From the human T2T-CHM13v2.0 reference genome, Homo sapiens: DNA of 64,000 nt. The translations under genes and the position numbers were made by a program. The stretch is from assembly GCF_009914755.1 (NCBI RefSeq), contig NC_060934.1; one strand, written 5' to 3'. This document shows, piece by piece, positions 36,385 to 54,649 of this stretch. The notes below the pieces were generated by a model, which worked only from the letters and a program-made list of their open reading frames with translations, did no database searches and was not told the DNA's origin. Numbering within the stretch: the first letter of the stretch is position 1; each line of letters opens with the position of its first letter.

Positions 36385-36925
36385 CTATTTTGGAACCATA
36401 GGGGCAGAAAGGAGGTGAGCCCTTTCCTCCTCATCATAAGAGTCACAGATGATACCCCTATAACAAAAACAGGTTAACAAGAGAAAAGCATAACAAATGT
36501 ATTTGATCATAATTTTATGTGACATGAGAGCCTTTGGAATGAAGAGAACCAAAGATATAGACAAAACTGTCAATTTGTATGTTTAGGTTCAGTGAAGAAA
36601 GGACATCCATATCCATGTAGAAATGTGATTGAACTAAAGGGGTATGGATGATCTAATGCAGTAGACGGAAGGGAGTAACCCAGCAGGGACTGCCTGTCTA
36701 GATTCTTCTTGGCCTCTCTGAGCAGCATTCCTTCCTCCTGGGTATGGGGCAGGATCCCTCTGGAATAAGTCAAATAATTTCTTTATGGCCAGCTCTTAGG
36801 TAGAAATGCAGGGAAAGGTTCAAGTAATATTTCTGGGTTTTGTGGCTGGCTTCGGGAAGGAGGAATTCCAGTTACTACTAATATGATCCACCTTGGGGAA
36901 GAGAGATTCTAGTTTCTAGGGCATA
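36385..36925. mobile_element. ERV1 LTR (MER31-like)
   Basis: CAGGTTAACAAGAGAAAAGCATAAC...GATTCTTCTTGGCCTCTCTGAGCAGCATTCCTTCCTCC motifs. Confidence 0.55.
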
Positions 36926-37721
36926 CAGGGAGTTTCAATATGATTTTCAGAACTTGGACACTTAGAGGAACATTTATACAAGCCCACTTGGTTTTAATCT
37001 TGAATCTGAAGTGGTGGATTAAGACACAGGAAGATTGCAAGGTTCAGACATCAGGCAGCCATTGCATGGAGTCTAGAAGAAGACAGATGTTGGAATCCAG
37101 GAACGTTTCCTGCCTGAGAGCCTGGAAAGGGGTCCTCTAATGTAGCCACCATTTGCAGGTATGAAAGGCAAGCAGCTGATTTGTATCAGTCAACAAGCAG
37201 AGGGGCCATAGCATGAGTTTGGGTTTTATGGATGGGATACCTGTTCTCAGAGGCAAAACAGAGAAAGAGCTAAGGACAACAAGACTGAGTTATTAGAAGG
37301 CCACCCCTAGCAGTATTGGCATAGTAAGCCAGTTTCCGAGATAGGCACTCAGGCTTCGGATAACAGAATAGGAATACAGTTAAGTGGCTTGAGGTAATGG
37401 GTGAAAATTAAGGTCTTATGAACAACAATTATGGTCTTAGGAAGAGACCAGATTCCAGGTGTGTAAGGCTCTGTATAAGCTGGCTCTAAGTCCAGGAATG
37501 CCTGCTAACAGTATGTGGTAGCAAGATACTTCAGAATACCATATATGTTTCTTTTTTCTGGCTACTGGGAGAACTGGCTTCCACTCAAGCCTCCTCGGTG
37601 GTATAGATAGCAGTGAGCCAAGTGTTCTGAGGTTCCTTTTACTTGGTAGATCCCTAACTCCGTGTAGAATCAGTTGATGACTGAAATTCAGGACTGGCTT
37701 CGTATAGGACTAAGAAAGCAG

Positions 37722-38030
37722 GGCCAGGCATGGTGGCTCATGCCTGTAATCCCAGCACATTGGAGGCCAAGGCAGGCGGATCACCTGAGGTCAGGAGTTC
37801 GAGATCAGCCTGGCCAACCTGGTAAAACCCGATCTCTATTAAAAATACAAAAATTAGCCAGCATGGTGGTGCGTGCCTGTAGTCCCACCTACTCAGGAGG
37901 CTGAGACATGAGAGTCACTTGAACCCAGGAGGAGGAGGTTGCAGTGAGATGAGATTGTGCCACTGCACTCCAGCCTGGGCGACAGAGCAAGACTCCATCT
38001 CAAAAAACAGAACAAAACAAAACAAAAAAA
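37722..38030 (+). mobile_element. AluS
   Basis: Full dimer with A/C tail. Confidence 0.95.
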
Positions 38031-40424
38031 GAAAACAGTGGTGTGGGGCATGTCCACTGACTTAGATCTTTCTTCTGATCCATATCCTGAAAGCACTTAG
38101 TTGCTGGGTTAAGGATCAATTAAGTGAGGAGCCCTCACCCTGCCTGCCATGTCATTCTCACGGATGCTTGATCTTCATCGGGGCTTTGATATGAGGTCAC
38201 TGGTAAGAAAACCAGTGCTACCTATATATTTCCTGCCTCAAGACAAAACTAGTCCTAGATTCTGGAAATTAGAAGGGCGGATCCAGTAGGTCTAATTTTC
38301 AAAGGTAAGAGGAATGCAGCAGTATGACACCAAACAGATTATAAAACCTTCATCAGGACAAAATAAATGCTTCTGACATTTTTATCGTGTTTTCTTCTCC
38401 AAGGTTATGACATCCTATGCTGCTGGGATTTTGTTTTGTTGGATCTTGTGTTTTTCTTTGTATTTTTCCCTTTGGTTTGAATGTTCATTGAAAATAAAAC
38501 TTGCAACATTTTCAGCTCCATAAACCTTCCTTCTTAGATGTGCGTCTGGGAATAAAATGATTTATCTAAAGTTATTTGATTCTTTGGTCACACACATTGG
38601 CAACTTCCCATCAAGTAGTTTATATGTTGTTATGTGAAACAGAAGAGGCCCCGTGATACTCATATTTAGATACCTTTCAGCATTTGAAATTGATTTTGTC
38701 ATGACTAAAATAATCTAATTATTTTGAGTGTCTTAAAAATAGAGTGCAGATTCGTGTATGATGCATATTTCAAAAATGATATTTGATGTCTTTTCTATCC
38801 TTTTTTTGAAAGGAGCATAGAGAGACTGGGGCATAGGGTCATTCAAATGGACTGATACCAGAAAAGGGGGAAAGATGTGGTTTCTTCAAGGAAGTGACTC
38901 CTCAGAGCATCCAGAAGAGAAAGACGAGAGAAGAAGGTCAGAATCAAAGAAATCAAATCTGTTATTAGGTCCAGCAGAAGAGCTCCTGACAACAGAATCT
39001 GATACCAAAAGATGAGAAACTGGGTTAATGGTGACCAGAGCAAGAAGCAAGAAACAGAAACAAGAATGAAATAAGAGTGTCCAGCATTCTCAGAGATTCC
39101 CTTTCATAGGTGAAACTTGCTTGGTGCTTGTATGCCTAATTTTAAAGCCAGGGAAGCCAGTTTTCTCACATTTATAATGTAAATGTGATAGTATTTTTGC
39201 CTTGTGATTAGATTTCAGGTAAGCATGAAAACGTAGTCATGAATTAGTGTCTTTCTTTTCTCCTTCCTAATAACATGACTTTCTCACTATTTGTTTTACT
39301 GAATTAAGTTTTCTAAACTTAGCAAAACCAAGAAACTTCTAGTTCAAATTTCACTTACATTTTCTTTTAATACAACCATCAGAGCAATTTCCAAGAAGCA
39401 TAATCTGACTTAATGATATTATAATAGTTAGCAAAATATCTAGATATTAGGCACAGAAAACAGGCTCATTGAATAAACAAATGAACTTGCAACTATATCA
39501 GGTTTTAAGTGACTTAAACGGTAGTCAGAGATTTGGCTTCATTAGGCAGATACAGTGTTTATGTGCTACATAGCTCTTGCTTTTATTTGTAAGTCTGTTG
39601 AATCAACAAATGTGCTGAAGAAGAGAATAAATATATTGAAATAAATTAATGACTAGGGTCAAACCATTCCATCATTCAAAAGCATACAAAACTAAAATAG
39701 ATGCAACACCTATTAGGTGCCCACTGTGTGTCAGTTTATGCCTGAATATGTGTGTTAACACTTATATCTCACAACCCTGAGGTAATTGTTATGATATTAT
39801 TTTCATGTTATGGATGAGGAAATTAAAATGGTGACACAGAGCAGTGAGGCCATCTGCCTTACCAACTAGCACGTGGCAGGAGCAGGTTAGAGTTCCCGTT
39901 CCCACGTCTCCTCCCCTCTGTGATGCTGCAGATGTGGGCTGCCCCTGTCCGGAGTCTGTTTCAACCCAGAGCCGAACAGAAGCCAATCCCAGTGCCAGGA
40001 TGCAGACCTCCAAAATGGCTTCCAGCTCTAGAAACACTAACGAACCATATAGAATTTGCTGAAGATTTAGAAGGCAAGGTGGAGGCGAGGCTTTGTTTTT
40101 TTATTTTTATTTTTTCCCTCACAGCAAATTACCTTGCAAACCTCCTTGGATGCCTTTCTTCATCCAAGGATCTGGCCACGTTGCTGAACTGATTGGAGCA
40201 AGAAGCTGAGTCATGGTTTTCCCTTCCCCTTTTGAGTTCCTGCCTCACGTCACTGACAAGTGCAGCTCCCAGATCCAATCCCGCTCCAAGCTCTCCCAAT
40301 TTACCATTTTCTCACATGGGGGCATTGCACTCTATCCCAACTCCTCCAAACTTGCTTGGGCCCTCAAAATGGGCCTTTAGTTACTGGAAGCCACTGTCCT
40401 CTAAGGATGGTAATATGTTATTTT

Positions 40425-40692
40425 AAAGAAGAAAGAAGGAAGGAAGAGAGGGAGGGAGGGAGGGAGGAAAGAGGGAAGGAAGGAAGGAAGGAAGGAAGGA
40501 AGGAAGGAAGGGGAGCGGACGGGAGGGGAGGGGAGAGGGGAGGGAGGGAGGGAAGGAAGGGAGGAGGAAAGAAAGAAGGGAGGAGGAAAGAAAGGAAGGA
40601 GAAGGAGGAAAGGAAGAAATGAAGCAAGGAAGAAAGGAAGGTGAAAGCGAAAGAAAGGAAAGAGAGAAAGAAAAAGAGAGAGAATGAAAGAG
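40425..40692. repeat. Polypurine low-complexity tract including (GGAA)9
   Basis: About 265 bp almost pure A/G; nine consecutive GGAA at 40474-40509. Confidence 0.95.
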
Positions 40693-41639
40693 GTTTTTTT
40701 TTTCTGATACTAATAAGTACTACTTATGCCAAATCAAACAATGCATAAAGGCCCTAAATTATTTCATATAAATTTGGGGGCTGGGGAGGTGATTGTAAAG
40801 AAACGAACACAAGGCATATTTTCTGCATTGTTAAAGTGAATGCCATTGGAAAGGCAGATATAAACCCCTTTTAAAAAGCGCTGAAGGAAGAAATTTCCCT
40901 GACACACCAGCAGGCCTCTGTGAGCTCATAGGGTTCTTCCTTAATTGGCTCGGCCAAGAAGCCACTTGCAAATGCAGAGCAGGGTCAGACAGACTCACGT
41001 TGGACCTTAGTCATTTTGCAGTGACTTGATCAGGGAAGGAAATCCTAGCATAACTAGCTCATTTCTGAGAGAGACACAGTGGTCCTAACTCCTTAAATGA
41101 TTTTTGGAGTGTTCAGCAAGGCAAACAGGACGTAGGATTACACATTTCTAAACAGTCATCCTATTTGCTGTCACTGTGTGATGGCAGGACATCAAGCTGA
41201 ATTTACTTTGGCTCAACCAAAGTATCAAAGGATTCCAGAGGAGGAGGCCAAGTAGGCCATGGCAATGGCTTCATTAGCAAGTTTAGGTAGCTGCTCATGT
41301 GTGATTGAATCCTGTCTCAGGATAGATATAGATTAAATATGAAATCAGGTCTACAGGCTTAGGTTAAAGCCAGCACCCTCGGAGTAACTACATGGGATAT
41401 CAGAAGGGGGCAAAGCCAATGCCCATTTCTATACACAAAGCTGTTATAAGAAGGGAGACGGGGTCTGTTGAGACATTGCCTTACCTGCTATTTCAGTCAA
41501 GTCCTGCAAGGAGGCAGTGACCACAAAGTCATTTGTACAGGAGAGGTTTGACATGAAGAACTGTTAACTATTTAGAGGAATTACCAAATGGAAATAACAG
41601 AGAATGCCTAAGACTAGCCTACAGTTGAGAGAGAATGCC

Positions 41640-42370
<731 letters not shown>

Positions 42371-42685
42371 GTTTCCATGGAAAGAATAAACAGGAAAAGC
42401 GAGCATCCCCCACCCCCATGACTGGGAACGCCCAGGAGAGAAGGTGTGCGGCCCACTGAACATGAAGGAGTTTGCTGGGTTGTTCTGGGTCACAGCTGGT
42501 ACTTATTTGATGGCCAAGGCTGGTGGTGGTCAGAGAACAGCCAGTAACATTCACCAGGGGCCACTGGGAAGGGCGAATTACTGTTGCAATTCTTGGGAAA
42601 TTGGCTGGGTCATCTGTACAACTTACTGGGAAGGCACCATGGGCATCCCCTGGGAAACCACCAATAGGGGCATCTGTGGAACGTG

Positions 42686-42780
42686 TGAAGCCACTAACAG
42701 TTCCACTGAAGCCACTAACAACAGTTCCACTGAAGTCACTAACAACAGTTCCACTGAAGCCACTAACAGTTCCACTGATG
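42686..42780. repeat. 21/24-bp minisatellite (units of 21, 24, 24, 21)
   Basis: TGAAGCCACTAAC(AAC)AGTTCCAC units start at 42686, 42707, 42731, 42755 and 42776. Confidence 0.92.
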
Positions 42781-43495
42781 CCAAACGCAGAGAGCTCCAC
42801 AGGCATCCTGTGCACCAGCTCAGCACCACAGAGCAAGGAGAAAGAAAAGCACGGGTAAACCAGAAGCCCCTTTCTCCTCAGTATCCTTCCAACACCCTCC
42901 ATGGCATCCTGCCAGCTGTCAAGGGAGAAAGCTTCTGATATTGCCAGCAGACAATCAAGGGTGGATGAGGAGCCAAGGAGCAATACACTGATAACAGGCA
43001 CACCTTCTGTAAATCTCATGAAAAGATCATTTTCTTACTTACATTCAGGTAGCATGTTCCAGATTCTGGACAGATTATTTTCATCATACACATAGATGCA
43101 CCTGTTCCTTCAATGGACTGCCCTGACCCAGTGGGTGTGTCAGAATGTAAGCTCCACCATTCCCCAAATTAAGTAGATGATCTTCAGCTCTGCCCACAGC
43201 TATGCAGGAGGCTCCACACTAGATAATCCCAGGGGTATTTATTCTGTCTCTCAAGCTTCTGGAAAATTTTCTCAGCCTTGATCTACCCTCTACTCCACTA
43301 GAGATTTAATCTGGAAATTTATAACTGAAATATTTTCATAGTTTTTCAAGGCCCTAACATCGTTTTATATACATACATGTGTGCATGTGCATGCACACAC
43401 ACATACACCACTTTTAAATTTAGCTTCTCCTTTCCTGCTCAATAATCCAAATGATTTGGGACATAAGAAAAGCTCCAGCACAAAGCACCTCTGCT

Positions 43496-43941
43496 TTGTT
43501 TTTAATTTTAATTTTTATTTCAATAGTTTTTGGAATACAAGTGCTTTTTGGTTTCAGGGATAAGTTCTTCAGTGGGGATGTCTGAGATTTTAGTGCACTG
43601 GTCACCCGAGCAGTGTACATTATGCCCAATATGTAGTCTTTTATCCCTCATTCCCCTCCACATCTTCCCCCCAGAATCTCCAAAGTCCATTATATCATTC
43701 TTACGCTTTTTCATCCTCATAGCTTAGCTTCCACTTATAAGTCAAAACATATGATGTTTGCTTTTCCATTCGTGAGTTACTTCACTTAGAATAATACCTC
43801 CAGCTCCATCCAAGTTGCTGCAAAAGACATTATTTCATTCCTTTTTTTGGCTGAGTAGTATTCCATGGCATATATATTCCACATTTTCTTTAACCATTCA
43901 TTGGTTGAAGGGCACTAAGGTTGGTTCCATATTTTTGCAAT
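43496..43941 (-). mobile_element. L1PB-type 3' end
   Basis: Antisense 3'UTR (GATAAGTTCTTCAGTGG...CACCCGAGCAGTGTACA) and ORF2 end. Confidence 0.8.
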
Positions 43942-44282
43942 CTATAATGCCTGTTTAAATTTTCTTCCTTGGTGATTGTTCATAGGTATCGGTCACCAAC
44001 CCATCTCAAGTTCTATCATTGCTGAAAGTCTGTCTTCGTAGATAACCTTCAGTTTATCTACCAGGTTATATATATTGGGGGCCTCAGAATGACATGTATC
44101 TCTTCTTTGACAATATCACTTAAGGCCATCCTTTCTTTCCAAACTTTTGATGACTATGTCAGAAATAAAATATTCTTAATAGTCATCTTACTCATAAAAG
44201 GAAGAAACCTTGGTTCCCATCACCATAAATGTCTCTTACCTCTTTGCCAGCATTCATGAAATGTAAACATAATTGATGTTTT

Positions 44283-44583
<301 letters not shown>

Positions 44584-44917
44584 ATAATTGATGTTTTAAG
44601 TTAATTATGTTAATTAACATGTTGTGAATGCAACTTTCCTTTTATATTTTTGTGGTTAATTTAGTCTTTGGTGGTTAAAAACACAGGCAAAACAGATAGA
44701 TGGAACACATTAAATCATCCAGGCTGGAGTAAAGATGGCCGAATAGGAACAGCTCCGGTCTATAGCTACCAGCATGAGTGACGCAGAAGATGGGTGATTT
44801 CTACATTTCCACCTGAGGTACCAGGTTCATCTCACTAGGGAGTGCCAGACAGTGGGCGCAGGACAGTGGGTGCAGCACACCGTGCACAAGCCGAAGCAGG
44901 GCGAGGCATTGCCTCAT

Positions 44918-45172
44918 TCAGGAAGCGCAAGGGGTCAGGGAGTTCCCTTTCCTAGTCAAAGAAAGGGGTGACAGACGGCACCTGGAAAATCGGGTCACTC
45001 CCACCCTAATACTGCGCTTTTCCGATGGGCTTAAAAAATGGCGCACCAGGAGATTATATCCCGCACGTGGCTCACAGGGTCCTACGCCAACGGAGTCTCG
45101 CTGATTGCTAGCACAGCAGTCTGAGATGAAACTGCAAGGCGGCAGCGAGGCTGGGGGAGGGGTGCCTGCCAT
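44918..45172 (-). CDS. ORF0: ORF0 homolog (84 aa) of the L1PA3/4
   Basis: MAGTPPPASLPPCSFISDCC...SEKRSIRVGVTRFSRC, open. Expression is unknown. Confidence 0.5.
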   Translation of the reverse strand: MAGTPPPASLPPCSFISDCCASNQRDSVGVGPCEPRAGYNLLVRHFLSPSEKRSIRVGVTRFSRCRLSPLSLTRKGNSLTPCAS

Positions 45173-45756
45173 TGCCCAGACTTGCTTAGGTAAAAAAAAG
45201 CAGCCAGGAAGCTTGAACTGGGTGGAGCCCACCACAGCTCAAGGAGGCCTGCCTGCCTCTGTAGGCTCCACCTCTGGGAGGAGGGCACAGACAAACAAAA
45301 AGACAGCAGTAACCTCTGCAGACTTAAATGTCCCTGTCTGACAGCTTTGAAGAGAGCAGTGGTTCTCCCAGCACACAGCTGGAGATCTGAGAACGGGCAG
45401 ACTGCCTCCTCAAGTGGGTCCCTGACCCCTGACCCCCGAGCAGCCTAACTGGGAGGCACCCCCCAGTAGGGGCAAATTGACACCTCACACGGCCGGGTAC
45501 TCCTCTGAGACAAAACTTCCAGAGGAACGATCAGACAGCAGCATTCGCGGTTCACGAAAATCTGCTCTTCTGCAGCCACCGCTGCTGGTACCCAGGCAAA
45601 CAGGCTCTGGAGTGGACCTCTAGCAAACTCCAACAGACCTGCAGCTGACGGTCCTGTCTGTTAGAAGGAAAACTAACAAACAGAAAGGCCATCCACACCA
45701 AAAACCCATCTGTACATCACCATCATCAAAGACCAAAAGTAGATAAAACCACAAAG

Positions 45757-46773
45757 ATGGGGAAAAAACACAGCAGAAAAACTGGAAACTCTAAAAAGCA
45801 GAGCACTTCTCCTCCTCCAAAGGAACGCAGCTCCTCACCAGCAACGAAACAAAGCTGGACAGAGAATGACTTTGACGAGTTTAGAGAAGAAGGTTTCAGA
45901 CGATCAAACTACTCCGAGCTACAGGAGGAAATTCAAACCAAAGGCAAAGAAGTTGAAAACTTTGAAAAAAATTTAGACAAATGTACAACTCGAATAACCA
46001 ATACAGAGAAGTGCTTAAAGGAGCTGATGGAGCTGAAAGCCAAGGCTCGAGAACTACGTGAAGAATGCAGAAGCGTCAGGAGCCGATGTGATCAACTGGA
46101 AGAAAGGGTATCAGTGATGGAAGATGAAATGAATGAAATGAAGCCAGAAGGGAAGTTTAGAGAAAAAAGAATAAAAAGAAAGGAACAAAGTCTCCAAGAA
46201 ATATGGGACTATGTGAAAAGACCAAATCTACGTCTGATTGGTGTACCTGAAAGTGACGGGGAGAATGGAACCAAGTTGGAAAACACTCTGCAGGATATTA
46301 TCCAGGAGAACTTCCCCAATCTAGCAAGGCAGGCCAACATTCAGATTCAGGAAATACAGAGAACGCCACAAAGATATTCCTCGAGAAGAGCAACTCCAAC
46401 ACACATAATTGTCAGATTCACCAAAGTTGAAATGAAGGAAAAAATGTTAAGGGCAGCCAGAGAGAAAGGTCGGGTTACTCACAAAGGGAAGCCCATCAGA
46501 CTAACAGCTGATCTCTCGGCAGAAATTCTACAAGCCAGAAGAGAGTGGAGTCCAATATTCAACATTCTTAAAGAAAAGAATTTTCAACCCAGAATTTCAT
46601 ATCCAGCCAAACTAAGCTTCATAAGTGAAGGAGAAATAAAATACTTTACAGACAAGCAAATGCTGAGAGATTTTGTCACCACCAGGCCTGCCCTAAAAGA
46701 GCTCCTGCAGGAAGCACTAAACATGGAAAGGAACAACCGGTACCAGCCACTGCAAAATCATGACAAATGGTAA
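45757..46773 (+). CDS. L1 ORF1: LINE-1 ORF1p (L1PA3/4), 338 aa, intact
   Basis: Full-length open frame; REKG, ARR and YPAKLS retained. Confidence 0.9.
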   Translation: MGKKHSRKTGNSKKQSTSPPPKERSSSPATKQSWTENDFDEFREEGFRRSNYSELQEEIQTKGKEVENFEKNLDKCTTRITNTEKCLKELMELKAKARELREECRSVRSRCDQLEERVSVMEDEMNEMKPEGKFREKRIKRKEQSLQEIWDYVKRPNLRLIGVPESDGENGTKLENTLQDIIQENFPNLARQANIQIQEIQRTPQRYSSRRATPTHIIVRFTKVEMKEKMLRAAREKGRVTHKGKPIRLTADLSAEILQARREWSPIFNILKEKNFQPRISYPAKLSFISEGEIKYFTDKQMLRDFVTTRPALKELLQEALNMERNNRYQPLQNHDKW

Positions 46774-46836
46774 AGACCATTGAGGCTTGGAAGAAACTGC
46801 ATCAACTAACGAGCAAAATAACCAGCTAACATCATA

Positions 46837-50661
<3,825 letters not shown>

Positions 50662-52473
50662 ACAATGAGATCACATGGACACAGGAAGGGGAACATCACA
50701 CTCTGGGGACTGTTGTCGGGTTGGGGGAGTGGGGAGGGATAGCTTTAGGAGATATACCTAATGCTTAATGACGAGTTAATGGGTGCAGCACACCAGCATG
50801 GCACATGTATACATAGGTAACAAACCTGCACATTGTGCACATGTACCCTAAAACTTAAGGTATAATAATAATAAAATAAAATTACAAAAAAGAAAAAAGC
50901 CCTTTTATTAAAAGAAGGTATTTGACAATTAAAAAAAGATAAAATAAAATAAAATAAAAAATCATCCAAAGCATCCATTTCCTCTTATTAGCTAATGGCT
51001 TGCAGAAAAAAATAAGAGATTAATTTTTGAAGGGCATTTTTCAAGGGTGTCTTGGATCCTTTCATGGACATTTTATGGTTTTGTTTTATGGTTAAAGATG
51101 TAATACACTTGCGGTTAAAATTTCGAATATTTTTTTGTACGAAGTTTCTCCAAATGCTTGCATTTTGCCCTAAAGACTCAGCATGAAACAATGTCTGTTG
51201 TTGAAACTCCTTTGAATGTCTGAAAAACACCATTAGCATTGGCTCTCATCTACTCATCAAGCAGATGTGGATGCACACTGCACTCTCTTTGAGCTAGGTT
51301 CTTCCAAGGTCTTGTTAAAGCTGCATGAGGGCCATCTGAAGCCCAAAGGGGAAAAAGCCTGATGTGAAGCTTGGTACCATCTATAAATGGACAGAAAACA
51401 GAAGGTTTTGAAATTGCGCTAAAGAACAGGTTTATAAGTGAGGATGCTATTGCACTACTGCTGAGAAAGGAACATTTACCAGGTTGCCTTTGATGAGACC
51501 AGGATATTTGTAAAGCCACTTTTACTGCAAAAGCACCTGACCCAATAAAGAACTACAGTTCATAGTAAATACTCAGCCCCCATTCTGAGAGTGTCAGCAT
51601 TTCTGTTGACTTAAAAATACACTTACCCTATGAGTTCCTCCCAGAGGACCCATGACGCCTAGCTGGTAGCAGAAATCTACACAGTAAAGGCAGCATCCAA
51701 GGCAACAGTAATTGTAAAATATCATCTCTTGAACTCTCAAATAAAGTAGAAGACAAGAATACTTGTTCTGTTCAAATTAATGCTCTTGCTCTGGACTTTC
51801 TATTAAGGCTAAGCCTCTGAGCAGTGCTCTGCTATGTGTTTTGAACCTTGTTTTCCATTAGCAGCCATAAAAATAATTATTTAGAAACATCAAATATTTG
51901 CAATGCCTTGATCTGTCAAGCAACAGCATGAAATGTATCAATGGCTGTTGAATCTTTTCGAAGCACTTGGACAGAAGGTTGTTTTCCACTCTTGCTGTGT
52001 GTGTGTTAAATATAAATGAATTGTGGTTTATTTTCATTCATGCTGTTTATTTACATACATGTGCCCCATGCCAGCTACCTGATCAAGTGCTCCTGTATGA
52101 ACCTGGATTCAGAGTCTACAAGTAAGGCTGGTCAGTATTAGGAAAACTGTCAAGTCAGTCATTCCAGTGTGAATGATACCTTTCTGAAATCCAGGTGTTT
52201 GCAGATAGTTAGCCAAGCTCTTCTGCTAGTTGATTTACTTTTTCCTGATACCCATAGATTTAGCAAAAATGTTTTTGCTGCAGTTAGGAAATGTTTACCC
52301 ATATACTTGTGTCATCAAATTATGTAAATTTGAAACTTTGAAAAAATATCTTTGAAAGCATCATTAATTTCCTAGCTTGAGTGTAAGAGGAGATCTAGAC
52401 CATTCTGAATGATTCTGGTTCAATAATGTAGAATGTTTATTTTTGCGTTGAGTTGGAGTTTAAAGAGTTATTT

Positions 52474-52763
52474 ATTATTTATTTATTTATTTATTTTTTG
52501 AGATGGAATCGCACTCTGTCACCCAGGCAGTGGTGCAATCTCTGCTCACTGCAACCTTCACCTCCCAGGTTCAAGCAATTCTCCTGCCTCAGCCTCCTGA
52601 GTAGCTAGGATTACAGGTGTGTACAGCTAATTTTTTGTATTTTTTAATAGAGATGGGGTTTCACCATGTTAGCCAGGATGGTCTTGATCTCCTGACCTTG
52701 TGATCCACCTGTCTTGCCCTCCCAAAGTGCTGGGATTACAGGCGTGAGCCACCGCGCCCAGTC
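52474..52763 (-). mobile_element. AluS/Y with small internal deletions
   Basis: Reverse dimer; AGAGTTATTT on both flanks. Confidence 0.92.
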
Positions 52764-53450
52764 TATAGAGTTATTTTACTTTTCATATGTAATATACTGT
52801 TGAGAGTTCAAACATGAAGTTTAAATGGCACAGACTGATCAGTGTTACATAATAGAGTCCCCACTGCCTATTCTGTATGGTACAGATAGAAATAATTTCA
52901 TATGTTTGGTGCAAAAAATGACAGTGAGGAAAAGTTATGTATCTTTGAAAAAATATTTTATCTGTATGGAATAGAGTCAATTTGAGTAAGAAAAAAATGA
53001 TACGTCAAAGCACAAACACCTTTAGAAATTAATGATTTATGGATCTGGAAAAGACACAGCTAAAATTTCCCCTCTGTCATAAAGATTATGTTTATTACCA
53101 GGTGTAAATGATTTCTTTCTATTTTTGAGGTTCTGACATTTTTGATACATCTTATATTATAGCTGTTTATGAATGTCTGCTTATTTTGATGAGGCCTTTT
53201 TAAAGTATTAAGTTTCACTTATTCAGCCATTCAGCACATAATTTTTGAATGCCAACTTTATACACAGTGCTAGACATATGGCGGAAAATAAAGACGGTTA
53301 ATTATGGCTCCTGCCCTTAGTACCTGTTTAAATCATTTTTTGGAGAGTACTTTTTGTTTACTCCCCTGAAAACGTAGCATAAATAGATACTGATAAACTC
53401 CAAAGGATAAAAATAATAAATGGACACACCTATTTTTATATAAATATTAC

Positions 53451-53856
53451 TGTCTTAGTCCATTTGGGTTCCTATAACAAAATGCCCGAAACTGGGCAAT
53501 GAATAAAGAACATAAATGTATTTCTTCACAGTTCGATAAACTGGAAATCCAAAATGAGGATGCCAGCAGGCTTAGTGTCTTGCGGGGGGGCTGCTCTCTG
53601 CTTCCAAGGTGGCACCTAGAAAGCCACCTTGGAAGGTGTCCTCCTAAGTTGGAAAGGACAGAGGGCAAATGGTGTCTTCCTAAGTTGGAAGGGACAGACA
53701 GCAAAAGGGGCTGAACTCACTCCTGCAAGTCCTTTCAAAAGGGCACTAATCCCACCTCTACTCACCTCCTAAAGGCCCCACCTCATAAAACTGTTGCGCT
53801 GGGGATTAAATTTCAACATGAATTTTGGAGGACGCACAAGCATTCAAGCCATAGCT
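53451..53856 (-). mobile_element. MaLR LTR (MST/MLT1A-like)
   Basis: TGTCTTAGTCCATTTGG...TTTCAACATGAATTTTGGAGG; 5-bp TSD ATTAC. Confidence 0.82.
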
Positions 53857-54649
53857 ATTACTCTCTGCATACCTCTCTCCACTCACCTCACCACTCCTGA
53901 GAAGTCTAGGGTTAGGGCCAGCACCTGTCCCATAAAGGTGCCCAGGTCTTCTCCCGAATCTGTTCTTATTACCCAACCTCTTTGACATTCGCATCATATT
54001 TGGGCATTTGATATTTGCTTTTATTATATTTATTGTGGGTGGCTGTTCACAAAGTAATTCTCTCTTTATTCTAATTTAATTCTACAAGTTCTCTTCATTG
54101 CATTATTAGAGATTCAGTTAAGATACACTTTCTCTGCCAGTTCATCTTGGTACCTAAACAGGTAGAGCAAACTACAGGTCATTCGGTTGGAAGAGAATGT
54201 ATTAACCTGTGAACTTGAATAGCTTTTGTTTTTCTTACTGGGAAGGAAAGTCAAATATCCTTCATTATTATGTTCCATCTGCACCCATCTCTCTGCTTTG
54301 TTCCCAACAAAATTTGAAATTTTGACTTTATGTTCTAATTTACATTTCATAGTTCCAGAATTTTCTATATTTCTAACTTACTATATGTTTCTTACACTTT
54401 TCTTCAAATAAGTTTCAAAATGAGAAACTGATTGTGTAAATCTGCACTATTTGCATGTTATTTAACCACTGTGCCTCAGCTCTAACCATCTCTAATAGGA
54501 AATTATTTTGCATTCCTCTTTTATGGGGCAGTTTGTTTGTTTAAAGTTAATAAATTTAAAATTCTTAAAATATTATCTGATACATTCTAAGCATTTAAAA
54601 TGTTAGTTACACTTTATTATCGTTACTAATTTTTAATTAAATACCCCTT

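Noticed and set aside
42686-42780. Possible CRISPR-like array (also 32295-32371 and 35238-35308)
   Set aside because: Head-to-tail repeats without unique spacers, no cas genes, human context.
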